From Gonapodya sp. JEL0774 (taxonomy: Eukaryota): 64,000 nucleotides of DNA. Below are positions 50,162 through 61,250 of the stretch, one piece after another (the stretch's first letter is position 1; each line of letters opens with the position of its first letter). The notes beneath the pieces were generated by a model. The model was given only the letters and a program-made list of their open reading frames with translations, had not been told where the DNA came from and made no database searches. The stretch covers positions 1 to 64,000 of the forward strand of contig JADIIX010000028.1 of NCBI GenBank assembly GCA_027604505.1. The letters run 5' to 3'. Made by a program: the position numbers and the translations under genes.

Positions 50162-51580
50162 TCACCGATTACAACCGGATTTCGCAACAAGGGCGTCCGG
50201 ACACGTTACACGCCGATACGTTGCCGACGGGGAGTTTGCACCCATGAACCAACCAAATCGGAAAGCGCAACCTTCCTGCAGAGCGCTCGGAAGAACTCCG
50301 CATCCTGTTACGTTTGTGACTCCTCCATAGCGGAATCCCCAATTAGTATTCGCGTCGACACCAAACTGCCTCGAGCACCCATCAAAAATGCCCAAGCCAC
50401 CTCCGGGTATCTGCAAGTCGAATTGCGTAGTTGCCAAGTCGCGTCCATTGTTAATTTTTTGGACAACCATCCTTTTCCCCGCAATAGCACTGCTGGTGAA
50501 CTGTACACCAGTGGGAGATTTGGGTTGAGCTTATCAGCAACGTTTGATCCCGATATCGAACAAAATAGATCCACCTTACCGTAAGCTCGTAACAGGCGCA
50601 GCACTCCTCCACGTCAGGAAAAGGCAGCGCAGCAAATCCGTACGCCAGGTCGGAATTTACGACAATCGGGACAGCATCGGTGCAGGCGTAAGCGAAACCA
50701 TCTTCTGGGCCGGTGATCCCACCGCCACCACAAGGATTCTTGACGTTTTTGGCCGTCAACGTAGCGCCAGATGCCGCGCAGCTTCGCGCCGCTACCCCTG
50801 TTAGCCCAGAATTGGAAAGCCACCCACCTAGCAAACAGTGAATCGGATTATCTGGACGATTGTCAACAAATTTTACCACAAACTGCTGTACTCACAAGAA
50901 GGTTTGCAGCAATCCCAATAAGTCGTAGTGTTCGCACTGCCGGTTCGGCCTCCGGGCACAGCAGTGTAAGTTTGATTTGTGGCCCCTGGAATGGGTAGAA
51001 CCGGGGAGGTGCTGACTGTGAGACGCATTGTAGTAGATCCTTCAAGGACACTGGGCGAACCAGCTGCCGACACAGCGTTAGTAGTCGCTATAAAACCCGT
51101 CGTCAGCGATCCCACTGAGATTGATGCCGTGCTTGACACTGAGTTATTTGGTTGGGAAACTGTTTCCACAGCATTCACTTGGGCAGTTCCGGCTCCCCCG
51201 CCTGCCATGTCTACAGCACCCTTCGAAGTTTGCGAAACCACAACTGCCACAACGGCAGCTGTTACTGCCAATAATGCTGCAATGAAAATGTATCGGGGAA
51301 GTCTGGAGCGTGGGATGGGTCGCGGAGGTTCCTCGGGGATAGATAGGCTTCCAAGTGTTCTTGTTCGCCAAACGTCAGGAGAGAGATCCGGTCGCTCGTC
51401 CAAATAGGTCCGCCAATCTGATTGTTGTGTATTTCCAGATAGATAGCGATCCGGGTTCTGTTCGAGGTCCCGATATGGTTCGGCTGTTACCAAACCACGT
51501 GGGAGGGCAAGATCAGGATCTCGCTCAGGAAGTTCTCTCCAATTTGGTGGAATGTAGTGCATGATCCCACGAGCTGACAT
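50162..51580 (-). CDS. GH45 endoglucanase with N-terminal cytoplasmic tail, TM anchor and Ser/Thr stalk
   Basis: TTTYWDCCKPSC, LAYGFAA, CCACYEL, VVQKINNGRDLATTQFDLQIPGGGLGIFDGC, WGFRYGG, RFGWF, CPDALVAKSGCNR*; TM YIFIAALLAVTAAVVAVVV preceded by RSRLPR. Confidence 0.92.
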
Positions 51581-52080
51581 TGAAAATCAGGACCACGATT
51601 TTCGTTAGCATCTGCTCATTCTGTACAGTGCGGCACCCTACCTCAGTGGGGAAAGGACGCAGATCATCCCACAGGCGGCGAGCAAACACGTATAAATATA
51701 AGTCGATAAAAAATTGAGATGAGCTGGATTGTAGCCGTAAGCGGTACGTTTATGATTATGGAAGGATGGACCATATGCGAGACGTGGCAGAACCAGCAAT
51801 CAGATGACGAGGTAGAGGACACAGCAAATAGCTTATCGTAGCACACAAGAAACGCTAGCAACGACTGATTACGCGATCTAAAAGTATTGATATGACGGAA
51901 ACGTTCCCTGCGACCAGTACGTGCAACGGGGCTCGATGACGTTGCACCACCACCTTCTTAAAGTTCTCGCGAAGACTGATTCGATGACACCTCAGATCTC
52001 TGAGATGACGTGGCTGGTTGTTCGCGAGTACCGCCCAAGCGAGGTTCATGAAAATAGACTCTTACGACACGTTGAGACAA

Positions 52081-54174
52081 CTACAGAGAGTGGTACTCAC
52101 ACCAACAGCCACCGTCTACCAACGCCTTCACAATCCAGCTTTCCAATCGCTTCCGTGCCAAGTCGGTGAGATCTGACTTCGCATCCTTGATCATGTAGCA
52201 GCAGTGATATTCTCCTCCTAGCGATGCGGATTCCGGCAACACTGCAGATGGCGGTTGTATGCATGCCCACTCCGTTACAACCGTGTCTTGCGACAGATCC
52301 AGTTTCTTCACCTGCGAGACTGGATCGATCAGAAAGGTCTTGAAGTCAGCTGGGCTGAGGCTGTTGAACTTGCGATGATATTTATTGAGTGCGGATTGAA
52401 ACAACGGGCGGGAATTGAAGAACATTGTCTGCAGAGGTGTGAATACAAACGAAGCGTCGTCAGTGAGTCGGTACTTTGAGGCTCTCCAAAACTTGCCAGT
52501 ACCGGCAAGCCTTCGTGACTGTGCGAGATCAAGCTGCAGACAACTTACAAAGGTGAAAAGGCTGGCACCTTTGAGTTTCTTGAAACTACTCTCCCTCGGG
52601 CCATATACGATCATAAAGTCCATATCCGTGTATTTAACCTGGGTAGTCAGCACCGAAAAATAAAGCGGAGAGAACTTTACATTAAAATCTAGTGCTCGAT
52701 CATTCCATTACTCTAGCAACTTCAACTGTGAACTCACGTGCTTGTAACCCCAACTTCTCTGTGCCTCCCAATCTTTCTTCCCCAGCACACCCATGACTTC
52801 TTCGGTACCATGTCTTACTGCATTCTTCCACACAAGGGGGAAAACGTATTCCTTCCCTGCAACCGTCACAACAATACTTATGGAATCACAACACACAACA
52901 AAGGTAGAGTAGCTCAGTAACGAACCGCCTCATCGAGAATTGATCTTATGCACTCACGGTTCTGTACTCTTCGATCCGTTCGCGTCACTGACAGTGCTCT
53001 CCGAGTGTTGAATCGCGCGAACTGACTGACCCTGACCAACACCGTTCGCCGGACCTCGCATCTGGGTGGAGTTTGAGGTATAAAGCCCTCCACCACCGTA
53101 CTTTGTCTGACTGCCGTTGACTCCGGATTGGAGAGTCGTAATGGAGTTGGGCGGGCTTGGGGGAACGGAAGGTTGGTAGCCCCTTGTTTCTGCGGCGGAA
53201 GGGATCGAAAGTTGGGGAAGGCTATTGTTACCTCGAAGTGGTTGGTGAATGTGCAGATTCTGAAGAGACTGCATGTTTTGCAGAGACTGCATCGACTGTG
53301 CCGAGCTGCTGCTGGTGAGATGGTTTTGGTAACTGGACGAGCTCTGGACACTAGACTGCGGGGAGAGTGGGGTCTGCGGAATCGGTCCGGAACTTCCGTA
53401 CGATGTGACGGGTTGAAACGATTGCGAGGAGGATTGGCGAGCGGGCTGTGGGTTGCGGTGTCGCTCGAGGAAGTCGGGAGTAACGAGGAGATGACGAGTG
53501 CGGTCGGTGACCTGCAGGCAAAGGCGTTGGAGTCAGTGAGCTCCTGTGCAATGGAGGCCGAGTGACAAGTCCTTCCCACCCCCACCCCCGCGCCCCCGCG
53601 GAGTATGGCGAGTTGCCATTCCCTGCCTCAATCCTTCCGATTCTATCATGACCGAGACTTTTCCGAGACACCCGCACAACAAATGCACGCAGAGAATCAG
53701 CCAAAAACATGACAAAACATTGGCATATAGTCGTACGGATCAAGTAAAAAATCATCCTGGAACCCTACCGGCTACTCCCGGACGACAAAGGGAACATTGA
53801 GCAGTGAGCTTACCTCTTCCAGTTCTACACTGAGAATGAAGCTGTCTCCTGTCTCATACATCACCAACAAATCGTCATCCTCCTCCAAGTGAACTCCAGC
53901 GCGAGTATCGGAATCCCGGTACTGCAACCTGAGCACGTACTGCTGTGCCGCGGATTCTATCTGGGGGATTTTCGAACACAACAGGGCCACGAATTCATCG
54001 TAGGTCTGCGGAAGAGTGCCATCTCGTAGGACGACGATTTTGATTCCTGATTATGATTCGGCGAGGTGTGAGTACTGTTGGACACGCGCGAACAGAGGTG
54101 GCTGAAGCAGAATCCAATCCGCGGGGGGAATACCCACCGTCCCAGTACTCCACACGCAGCTTCTTCAGGCCCAT
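52081..54174 (-). CDS. PB1-like domain + disordered linker + uncharacterised C-terminal domain (paralogue B)
   Basis: MGLKKLRVEYWDG|IKIVVLRDGTLPQTYDEFVALLCSKIPQIESAAQ...EEDDDLLVMY...VELEE; FPLVWKN, IVYGPRESSFKK, TEWACIQPP, GGEYHCCY. Same intron positions as 24507-26400. Confidence 0.8.
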
Positions 54175-54803
54175 GGCGAAGTGGGTTTAAGAATGTTATA
54201 CGGAGGGGTTCCAGTGCCAGATTCGGTTTTCCACGAAAGTTCGCTTCATGAAACGTCAGGATTGACGTTCTCAAATTCCACTGGCCGCGAACTCGACGAC
54301 GATTTTTCTAGTAAACCGACTTTTACTGATTTAGATGGCGAAAAATTTGGAGTTGCGTTTATTCAAAAATTCTCCGTTGAATTATGTCCCTTGAGAAACG
54401 TGAAGCGTTATTCCTGCGGCTCGTTCCCTTCCGCCACGCTCGTTCTTCCTTCCCCTTTCCTCGAATGCAAAATATGAAGTTAAAAATTCTAAGTACACGT
54501 GTAAGAGGTGACGAATCTGTGTTTGTTGCATCAACTCTTTTGTTTGCACGTTGCAAACCTACAGCGTACTTTGCAAAGAAAGAAGTCCTCCTGGCGCGGA
54601 TAACCGTTATGTACAGTGCCATCATGTGCCATTCGCCTTAGCAGTCAGCCAAAAGAACATTCGGAGTGGAGACGTTGGACAAAAGCCAATCCACCGAGAA
54701 CTTTCGAGAGTTCACAGTATTCGATTACAGTAGCAACTGACAACACATGACACCATTTTCAATCACGAGAAATTCGAAGTAACGTCCCGGTGAATAGAAT
54801 TCG

Positions 54804-56781
54804 CTAGTCCCCGATCGCCAAAAGACCATCCGTCACACTCCCCCCGGCGCCGTGCTTCGCGTCCCCACCTGCAACCTCCAGGGAGTCCCCAACCTTGCGC
54901 CTCTTCACACTAACCCCACCACCACGCGGTGTCATCGCAGTCCATCCTCCCCCACCACCGCCCAACCCACTCGCAGCCCTCACGCCCGCCCGTTTGAGCA
55001 ACGTCCTCCCTGCAGGGCTCAACGCTCGCACCCGATCGTCCACCGCAGGCGAGTGCGGTCGCACCCGGGGTGTGACCCCACCCGCCTTGAACACGCTCGA
55101 CGCCGCTTCCCTGGTCTTTGCACCTGCTTTCCGTCCCAAACTCACGGCCAACTCCTCCCGTCTGGGTGTGGGCGGGAGGGAAAACCTCGGTCCAGCCGTA
55201 TCTTCCACAGATCCGATATCCCCGACGGCTTCGAGGAGCATCGGAGTCGCTTCGATATCACCCCATGTCATAAGCATGTCGGGAGGCAGGTCCGATGGGG
55301 CAATGGAAGGGGAGGCGGGCACGTAGCCGAAGGACGGGGTGGCCGATCCAGGGGGTCGGCCGGTCTGGGACGGTGCGAACAGACCCGGTGTGGATGCGGA
55401 CATGGCGTGAAAGACACGGTGGGTTTCGAGACGGCGCTCGACGGCCGAGTCGGCGCGGAGTTGGGAGTCGGAGGGGGCTAGGGTGAGTCGGGGTGCCGCC
55501 TTACCGTCTTTGGTGTCCGTACTGGAGGAAGTGGACGTCTTTGGAAGTCGTGTGTTGGAGCGGACGATTTCTGGGGGAGGTCCAGACGCGATACGTTCCG
55601 AAGGGGTCAGGTCTGCACCTTGTGGTGGGTACATGAGCGAGTTCTGGGCAACATGGTTGCGCCACCCACTCGGACCGGCCGGTCGATCGGGCGCTTTGTT
55701 GAAGTATGCAACGTTGGGGTCCACTTGCACAGACGGATCCTCGGTCTCGGTGGACGACCGCGAGTCCACTGCGACCGAGGTCGCCCCTTCGACCACCACC
55801 ACACTTTCCTTCCGCCCGTCCTCTATAAGAAGCACCGTTCCCCCATCCCCATCCGAAACCAGCGGCCGTCCATTATACGTATTCCTCGCCCGTTTCCCGT
55901 CCTCGATCCTAGCTTTCGCCTCCGCCTCGTACGCCCACGCGAACTTGTCCCTCTTGCGCTCGTTCTCGCGGTCCAGTTGCTCGGCGAAGGACGAGTTGTC
56001 CTCGGAGGTGTAGGTGGCCTGGTACGCGGTCAGGGAGAGGGTGAGGGACGAATCGGGGGGTGCGGAGGAGACGGGGAGTGTGGACAGGGAGGGGGTGGGA
56101 CTGGACGCGCGAGCCGGGTCAGAAGCGGAGGGACCACGACGGGGGGTGTCGAGGTGACTTGCGGCGAATGATGGTGTTGCTCGAGGCGTGCCGAGGCTCG
56201 AGAAGGGGGTTGCGGGAGCGTGGCCTTGCAAAGACAACCCAGGAGGGCATGGATCGAAGCAGCTCACTCAGTACGAGCGGACGGGACGGGCGAGAAAAAC
56301 CACCGCGCAGAAAAAGTTCCCCCTCACGCTCTGGATCTCCAACATGTACCTTTCACCCTCCCCGTCGTCCTTGCCAATTGCCATGTCGCATCGCGCACCC
56401 TGTCCCCATCCCCGCTCTCTACCGCGTCCAAATACTCTGCCGAGGCCCGCATCTTGTCCAAGTCCGGGAAATAGTCCCGTTGGATGACGTGGGCCAGTCC
56501 TTCGATGTACTCGTCTTCGTCGAGGACGTGGGCGGGGAGTTTGGAGGCTAGAGTGCCTGTGGATGGGGTGGGTTTGGGTTTGGGAGGGGGAGGGAGCATG
56601 GGGCCGGAGCGGGNNNNNNNNNNGGGCCCCGAGTTTTTTTTTCGGCGTTTGGGGCGGGGTGGGGGGGGGGGTTTTGGGGGGTTTGTGGGCGGGGGTGGGG
56701 GGGGTTTTGGGTTTGGGTGGGGGTTGGGTGCTGGGGGCGGGCGGGGGGGGGGGGGACGAGGGAGGAAGAGGAGGAGGTCAT
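54804..56781 (-). CDS. ESS2: Splicing factor ESS-2/DGCR14 (nuclear protein Es2); N-terminus crosses an assembly gap
   Basis: VLDEDEYIEGLAHVIQRDYFPDL, LSLTAYQATYTSEDNSSF, NSLMYPP, PDMLMTWGDIEATP, FSLPPTPRREEL, LSPAGR. Confidence 0.9.
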
Positions 56782-56985
56782 GGCGGGGGACGCGGGCGTT
56801 TTTGAATGGGATGCGGGTTTGTCTTGGTCCTGCTGTTAATTGAGGGATTATGAAGTAAGTTTTCCGAGTCGGCGATCGAGTGTGCGCAGCTTTGCAGTTG
56901 TAAATCAGATAACGATGAACATTTCTATTTACAGTATGACGATGAACATCAGTACAATGCCAGCTCTTTGTGCTTCAATCGCGGT

Positions 56986-57726
56986 CTATGTGACGACGTG
57001 TGTCCGTGCGATGGTTTCCACCGTCTCTGAAAATTTTGTGCTGGAGATAACTTTGGAGCCTGCAGGAGCACCGTCGTCCGTCAAGTAGAAAGGATTGGAG
57101 ACGAAGTTGGCGTAGGCGGAGTGCAGACGGCGGAAAAGCTACCGGGGGGTCGTGGGGAGTGGGTGAGACATGTCACTCCACGTCCAGATAGAGTCAAGAA
57201 ACAAGGGGGACCTCACCTGGCGCATGTCAGTGTCTTTGATGATAATGTCAGCGAGCTGTACGATGACGACTATTTTTATCTTTGTGTTTGTGATATATCC
57301 GAATCTGAATGATATGGATGCCCACTCGTTGAGTCCTCCACTGGGCAGAGGGAACGAATTGAGAGAGCTCACACTGCTATATCCTCCATGGACGAGAGAT
57401 GTCCAAGGTACAGTTCCGTCGATGCTTTTGACGAGACCGTTGCTGGAGGAATGAGGACAGAGTTTTGACATTTGACACACTGCAAGGATCAGATGAAGCA
57501 GAGGAAAACTCACTGCGCTCCTCGATTACATCACAGCTGACATGAGATATGAAGTGGTAACGCAGTTCGTTCTCAGTACCGCCGAGATTCTTTACGAAAA
57601 TTGGGTTGTTCTTTGTGTGGAATTATGGACAGGGAATTTTGAGTTGAAAAGGAGGGGAATGGGGGACGGAAAGGGCAAAATGAGTCAGACCTGTTTTCCG
57701 ATGAAAGCGACACATTGAATGTTCAT
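56986..57726 (-). CDS. TRAPPC2L: TRAPP complex subunit TRAPPC2L/Tca17 (sedlin-like); 5 short exons
   Basis: Spliced: MNIQCVAFIGKQ|NNPIFVKNLGGTENELRYHFISHVSCDVIEER|...ELYLGHLSSMEDIAV|FGYITNTKIKIVVIV...DTDMRQ|LFRRLHSAYANFVSNPFY. Confidence 0.88.
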
Positions 57727-58345
57727 TGCCAGGGGAAGGGAACAGAACAAAGACCCCAAGCGGGACCCAAGCGGGTTGAAGACTGTGGCCGTGGGGACCG
57801 CAGTATTCTACAAACACGAATGTACATTACTGACATGTTATTCCCGCCCAGCCAGCAAATTCGACAGAAATGTGATGTTATGAATGTTGATGCAATCAAT
57901 GATGTATATACGAGAAGGAGCAGCTTTCGACTCTGTCATCGTAAAGAATACATTCACCGGACTCCTTCCTTTATTCCCACTCAGTCCGTGAGTGGCTTCC
58001 ACTTTTGTATCGAATTCTCCGCTGCTGTCGTGTCGTGCCCTGTGGGCTGAGTTCGGGCGTTGGATTCTCCGACTTCCGAAGAACACGCGCACCGCAAACT
58101 GCCTTCCTGAAAATATTGAATGTGGGCGACTGGACGATTTCCAAGTCAGACACACTCGTGAACCCTGAAGCCGTAAAGATGGGAAACACCCTGTGAATAT
58201 GCCTTTTACTGCTCGACGTGAAGATGGAGCTCGTCACGAATTCCCAAACTGAATATGACCCTTCTCGGCCCCGTCGTGTGTCAAATATCTCGGCAGGTCA
58301 CTCCCTGTCGCCTCTGATCTCCAAAAGTCGCTGAGATACCTTGCG

Positions 58346-58922
58346 ATGTTTCTTCCAGTTTCCCTCCCCTTGGCTCTGGTGTCTCTCGGTGTTCTGCCGT
58401 CGCTCACCATTGACCCAAACTTTGTCGCCCGGGAGCCGGTCCGAAGAAAGCACCTAGCAAACACCCTTTCAACACTCGCGTTTCTCAAAATGGCAGCAGA
58501 TGCGTATTTGGGAACCGCGTGGAGTGTCAGAGAGGACGTCTGGTTCTTCCTCACCACCGTGAGTCATAGTTTCCCCCTGATGGGCCTAACTAATTCCATG
58601 CAAGGCGTGTCGACAACATCCTTTATAAATAAAAAGGTTATTGCCCTCCCTCTGCGCAAATTGACCATCGGGATGCCTCGTCCGTCCCCATCCTTTGCCC
58701 TGTTCTGGCTCTACACCGGAGGCGCCCAAGCCTACCTCGCCCTTCGAGCCTTGCGAGAGCGCAGAGCCAGCTCTACTTCAACTCTTCTCGCACAATCCTT
58801 TGTGGTTGGATGTGTCCTCATGAGCTCGGTGGAACTGTGGATGTGGGCGTTTGGGAGGGTGAGTTGGAACACCGCTGAACTCTTACGTAGTCGACGGAAG
58901 CGACCACACCAGCCAGATCTAA
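58346..58922 (+). CDS. Small multi-pass membrane protein (possibly the N-terminus of the downstream WS/DGAT-like gene)
   Basis: Several hydrophobic segments; GTGAGT donors at 58559 and 58859; no family recognised. Confidence 0.45.
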
Positions 58923-58953
58923 TAACCCCCCTCCATTCACATCACGTTTGAAT

Positions 58954-61019
58954 ATGCCACTGGGACCTACTACCTCACTCGGTGTGCGTGCTCCGCTTCA
59001 TTCCTTCCCTCGCTTCCTCCCCAGATCGACCCTTCCGAGCTCGGCGGCCGGCCCGTATGGGGAGCCACAGCTGCCCCCGACCGTCCCCGCCAGCACCGCC
59101 GCCGGAGGTCCGTCATGACGGCGACTCTCGCCACAGGTGCGTTCCCCAAAGAAACGCGAATCCCGTACGTACATCGATCGCCGCCGAATATTCTCCGCCA
59201 TACAAACCCTTCACATTGTTCGCCCGATGGTTAAAATGGCACAGTATGCCCACCACCCAGCACGTCCTCTGGTTCGAAGTTCTCCCTTCGTTGGACCAGG
59301 TCCGACTCGTCTTGCAGACGCACTTTGTACCCTACGTACGGTTCCGATCTGTACCGTACGTCACGGCAACGGGGAATGTGGAGTGGGAGCAGGATGCGAC
59401 GTTCAGTTTGGACGTGAGCGATCATCGTTTCCGGGTTCATAGTCATCTGAAACCAATGTCTCACGCCTCCCTTCCAATCCCGTGCCATGCTCGCTCCAGT
59501 ACCACATCCAAACCAAGCAGGCCACGACCGAATCCGACATTCTCCGCTACATTGAATCTCTCTTTCGCGCTGCCTCCTTCGGCCGAGGAAAACCCCTCTG
59601 GAACGTCACCCTGATCCGGAACGCGGACCCGAGGGGGAAATCTGCCATCGTGTTCAACCTAGCACTTGTGGTTGGGGATCTGTCGAGCTTTTTGGCCGTC
59701 GCGGTGGGGGGCCTGACAGATGGTGTGTGTTGTGACGATTTGGTGGTGTTTTCGACGATCAGGCATTTCAGCACAGTGTGCTGATGTGGATCTTGCGCAA
59801 TCACAGGTAAAGGCCAGTCTCTCTCCCCGGTCCACCTCTCCTCTGTGCTCAAACCCCTCGGGTCCGGCACTGCCCCATCCCTCACGCAACTGCTCGGCCA
59901 CTTTCCCTCCTACACCGCCGCACACATCCGTGTCCTCCAAAAGCAGCTCAGTCCCCCCGACTCGTCCACCCTCATCAAACCCCCTCACGAATCCTACATC
60001 TATTCGGGATCTCGAGAGCTGGTAATATGCCCGTCGGTCGACTTTGAAATCGTCCGACAAGTCCGAGCGAGTTTGAAGGAGAAACTCGCCGCCAAAGTGA
60101 CCGTGAGCGAGTTGCTGGTTGCGGCAGTGAGCGGGGCTATCAGGAGGTATTTGGTGTGGAGGGGGGATGAGGTACTTAAGAGGGAAGGAAGCAGAGTGAG
60201 AACTCGGTATGTGCGCTTGTGTTTCCGCCGTGACTCTGTCGAGATAGAAACATCACCGAATTGGATTACGATCCGCTAGCGCTCTCCTCCCGTTTGCATA
60301 CCGCCACCGCCCGTCTTCCTCAGAGTCTCAGGAAACCTCCACGGACCCAGACACCTACTCCAACCGCTGGTCGTTCATCTCGATCCACCTCCCTGTGGGG
60401 GAGCCCGATGCGCTCGAAAGGGTTCGTTTGTGTAGGAAAGAACTGGATCTCAGTCGGATTTTGCCGGTGAGCTGAGTGGGATCAGCAAAATGCGTTGCTA
60501 GTGCTCGTTTGTTCTTGTTGGGGTGACGCACCACCTGATTTTTCGCGATTATTCTTACCGTATGACCTGATAGGAAGCAGCAGCTCAAACAAATGTGCAA
60601 AATTGGACAATGGGGATGGTACCAGAGGAAATTGCTGGAAAGGTGAGATAAAGCGCCATTGTTCCAATGGCGTTTACAAATGGTCTAATGGACGTAAACA
60701 CTCCCACATGACCTTTCATCCCGTCCAGACCAACCTCGAAGGCTTCACCCGGCACTCATTGGTTCTCACCAACATCCCCTTCCACCACCCGTCCCTCCCG
60801 TCCGGTCCACTCTTCTTTGCCCGGGAACCCGTCATCACCATGCAACCCGTCGTGTCCAGTCCGTTACCAAACGTGACCATATTCACCTACGCGGGCCTTT
60901 TGAACGCGAACTTCGTGGTCGATCCAAACGAGTGGAAGGAGTGTGGCGCGATGGGGGGGTTCTGGGTAGAGGAACTCAGTGAGATGGCGAGGACGGTGGG
61001 AGTGGCGGTCGGGGAGTGA
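58954..61019 (+). CDS. Wax ester synthase/diacylglycerol acyltransferase (WS/DGAT)-like protein lacking the HHxxxDG motif
   Basis: RFRS...WEQDATFSLD|YHI, GKPLWNVTLI, VTVSELLVAAVSGAIRRYL; C-terminal SLVLTNIP...FFAREPV...FTYAGLLNANFVVDP resembles DUF1298. Start codon uncertain. Confidence 0.7.
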
Positions 61020-61250
61020 GGCGAGGTCGTCAGTGTGGGCCTTAAATTTATACAATGGTGGTACATACTCAACCTTGCGAGTGGTAACGGCGATGTACAT
61101 GAACTCCAAAATAGCAATCACACCACATTTTATGTAAACGGCACTGAGTAGTGGACGCTGGTTTGGAACGACCTCTTGACCGTTGGAAGTGCTCGCCGGC
61201 TGTCAATATCTCCACTCCATATAGTCTATATATCAACCGTGATTGGTCAC

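Noticed and set aside
56614..56760. G-run tract (G-quadruplex-like) beside an N gap; a similar C-run lies at 34190-34271
   Set aside because: Adjacent to assembly gaps and likely low-quality sequence, so neither the frame nor the motif can be trusted.
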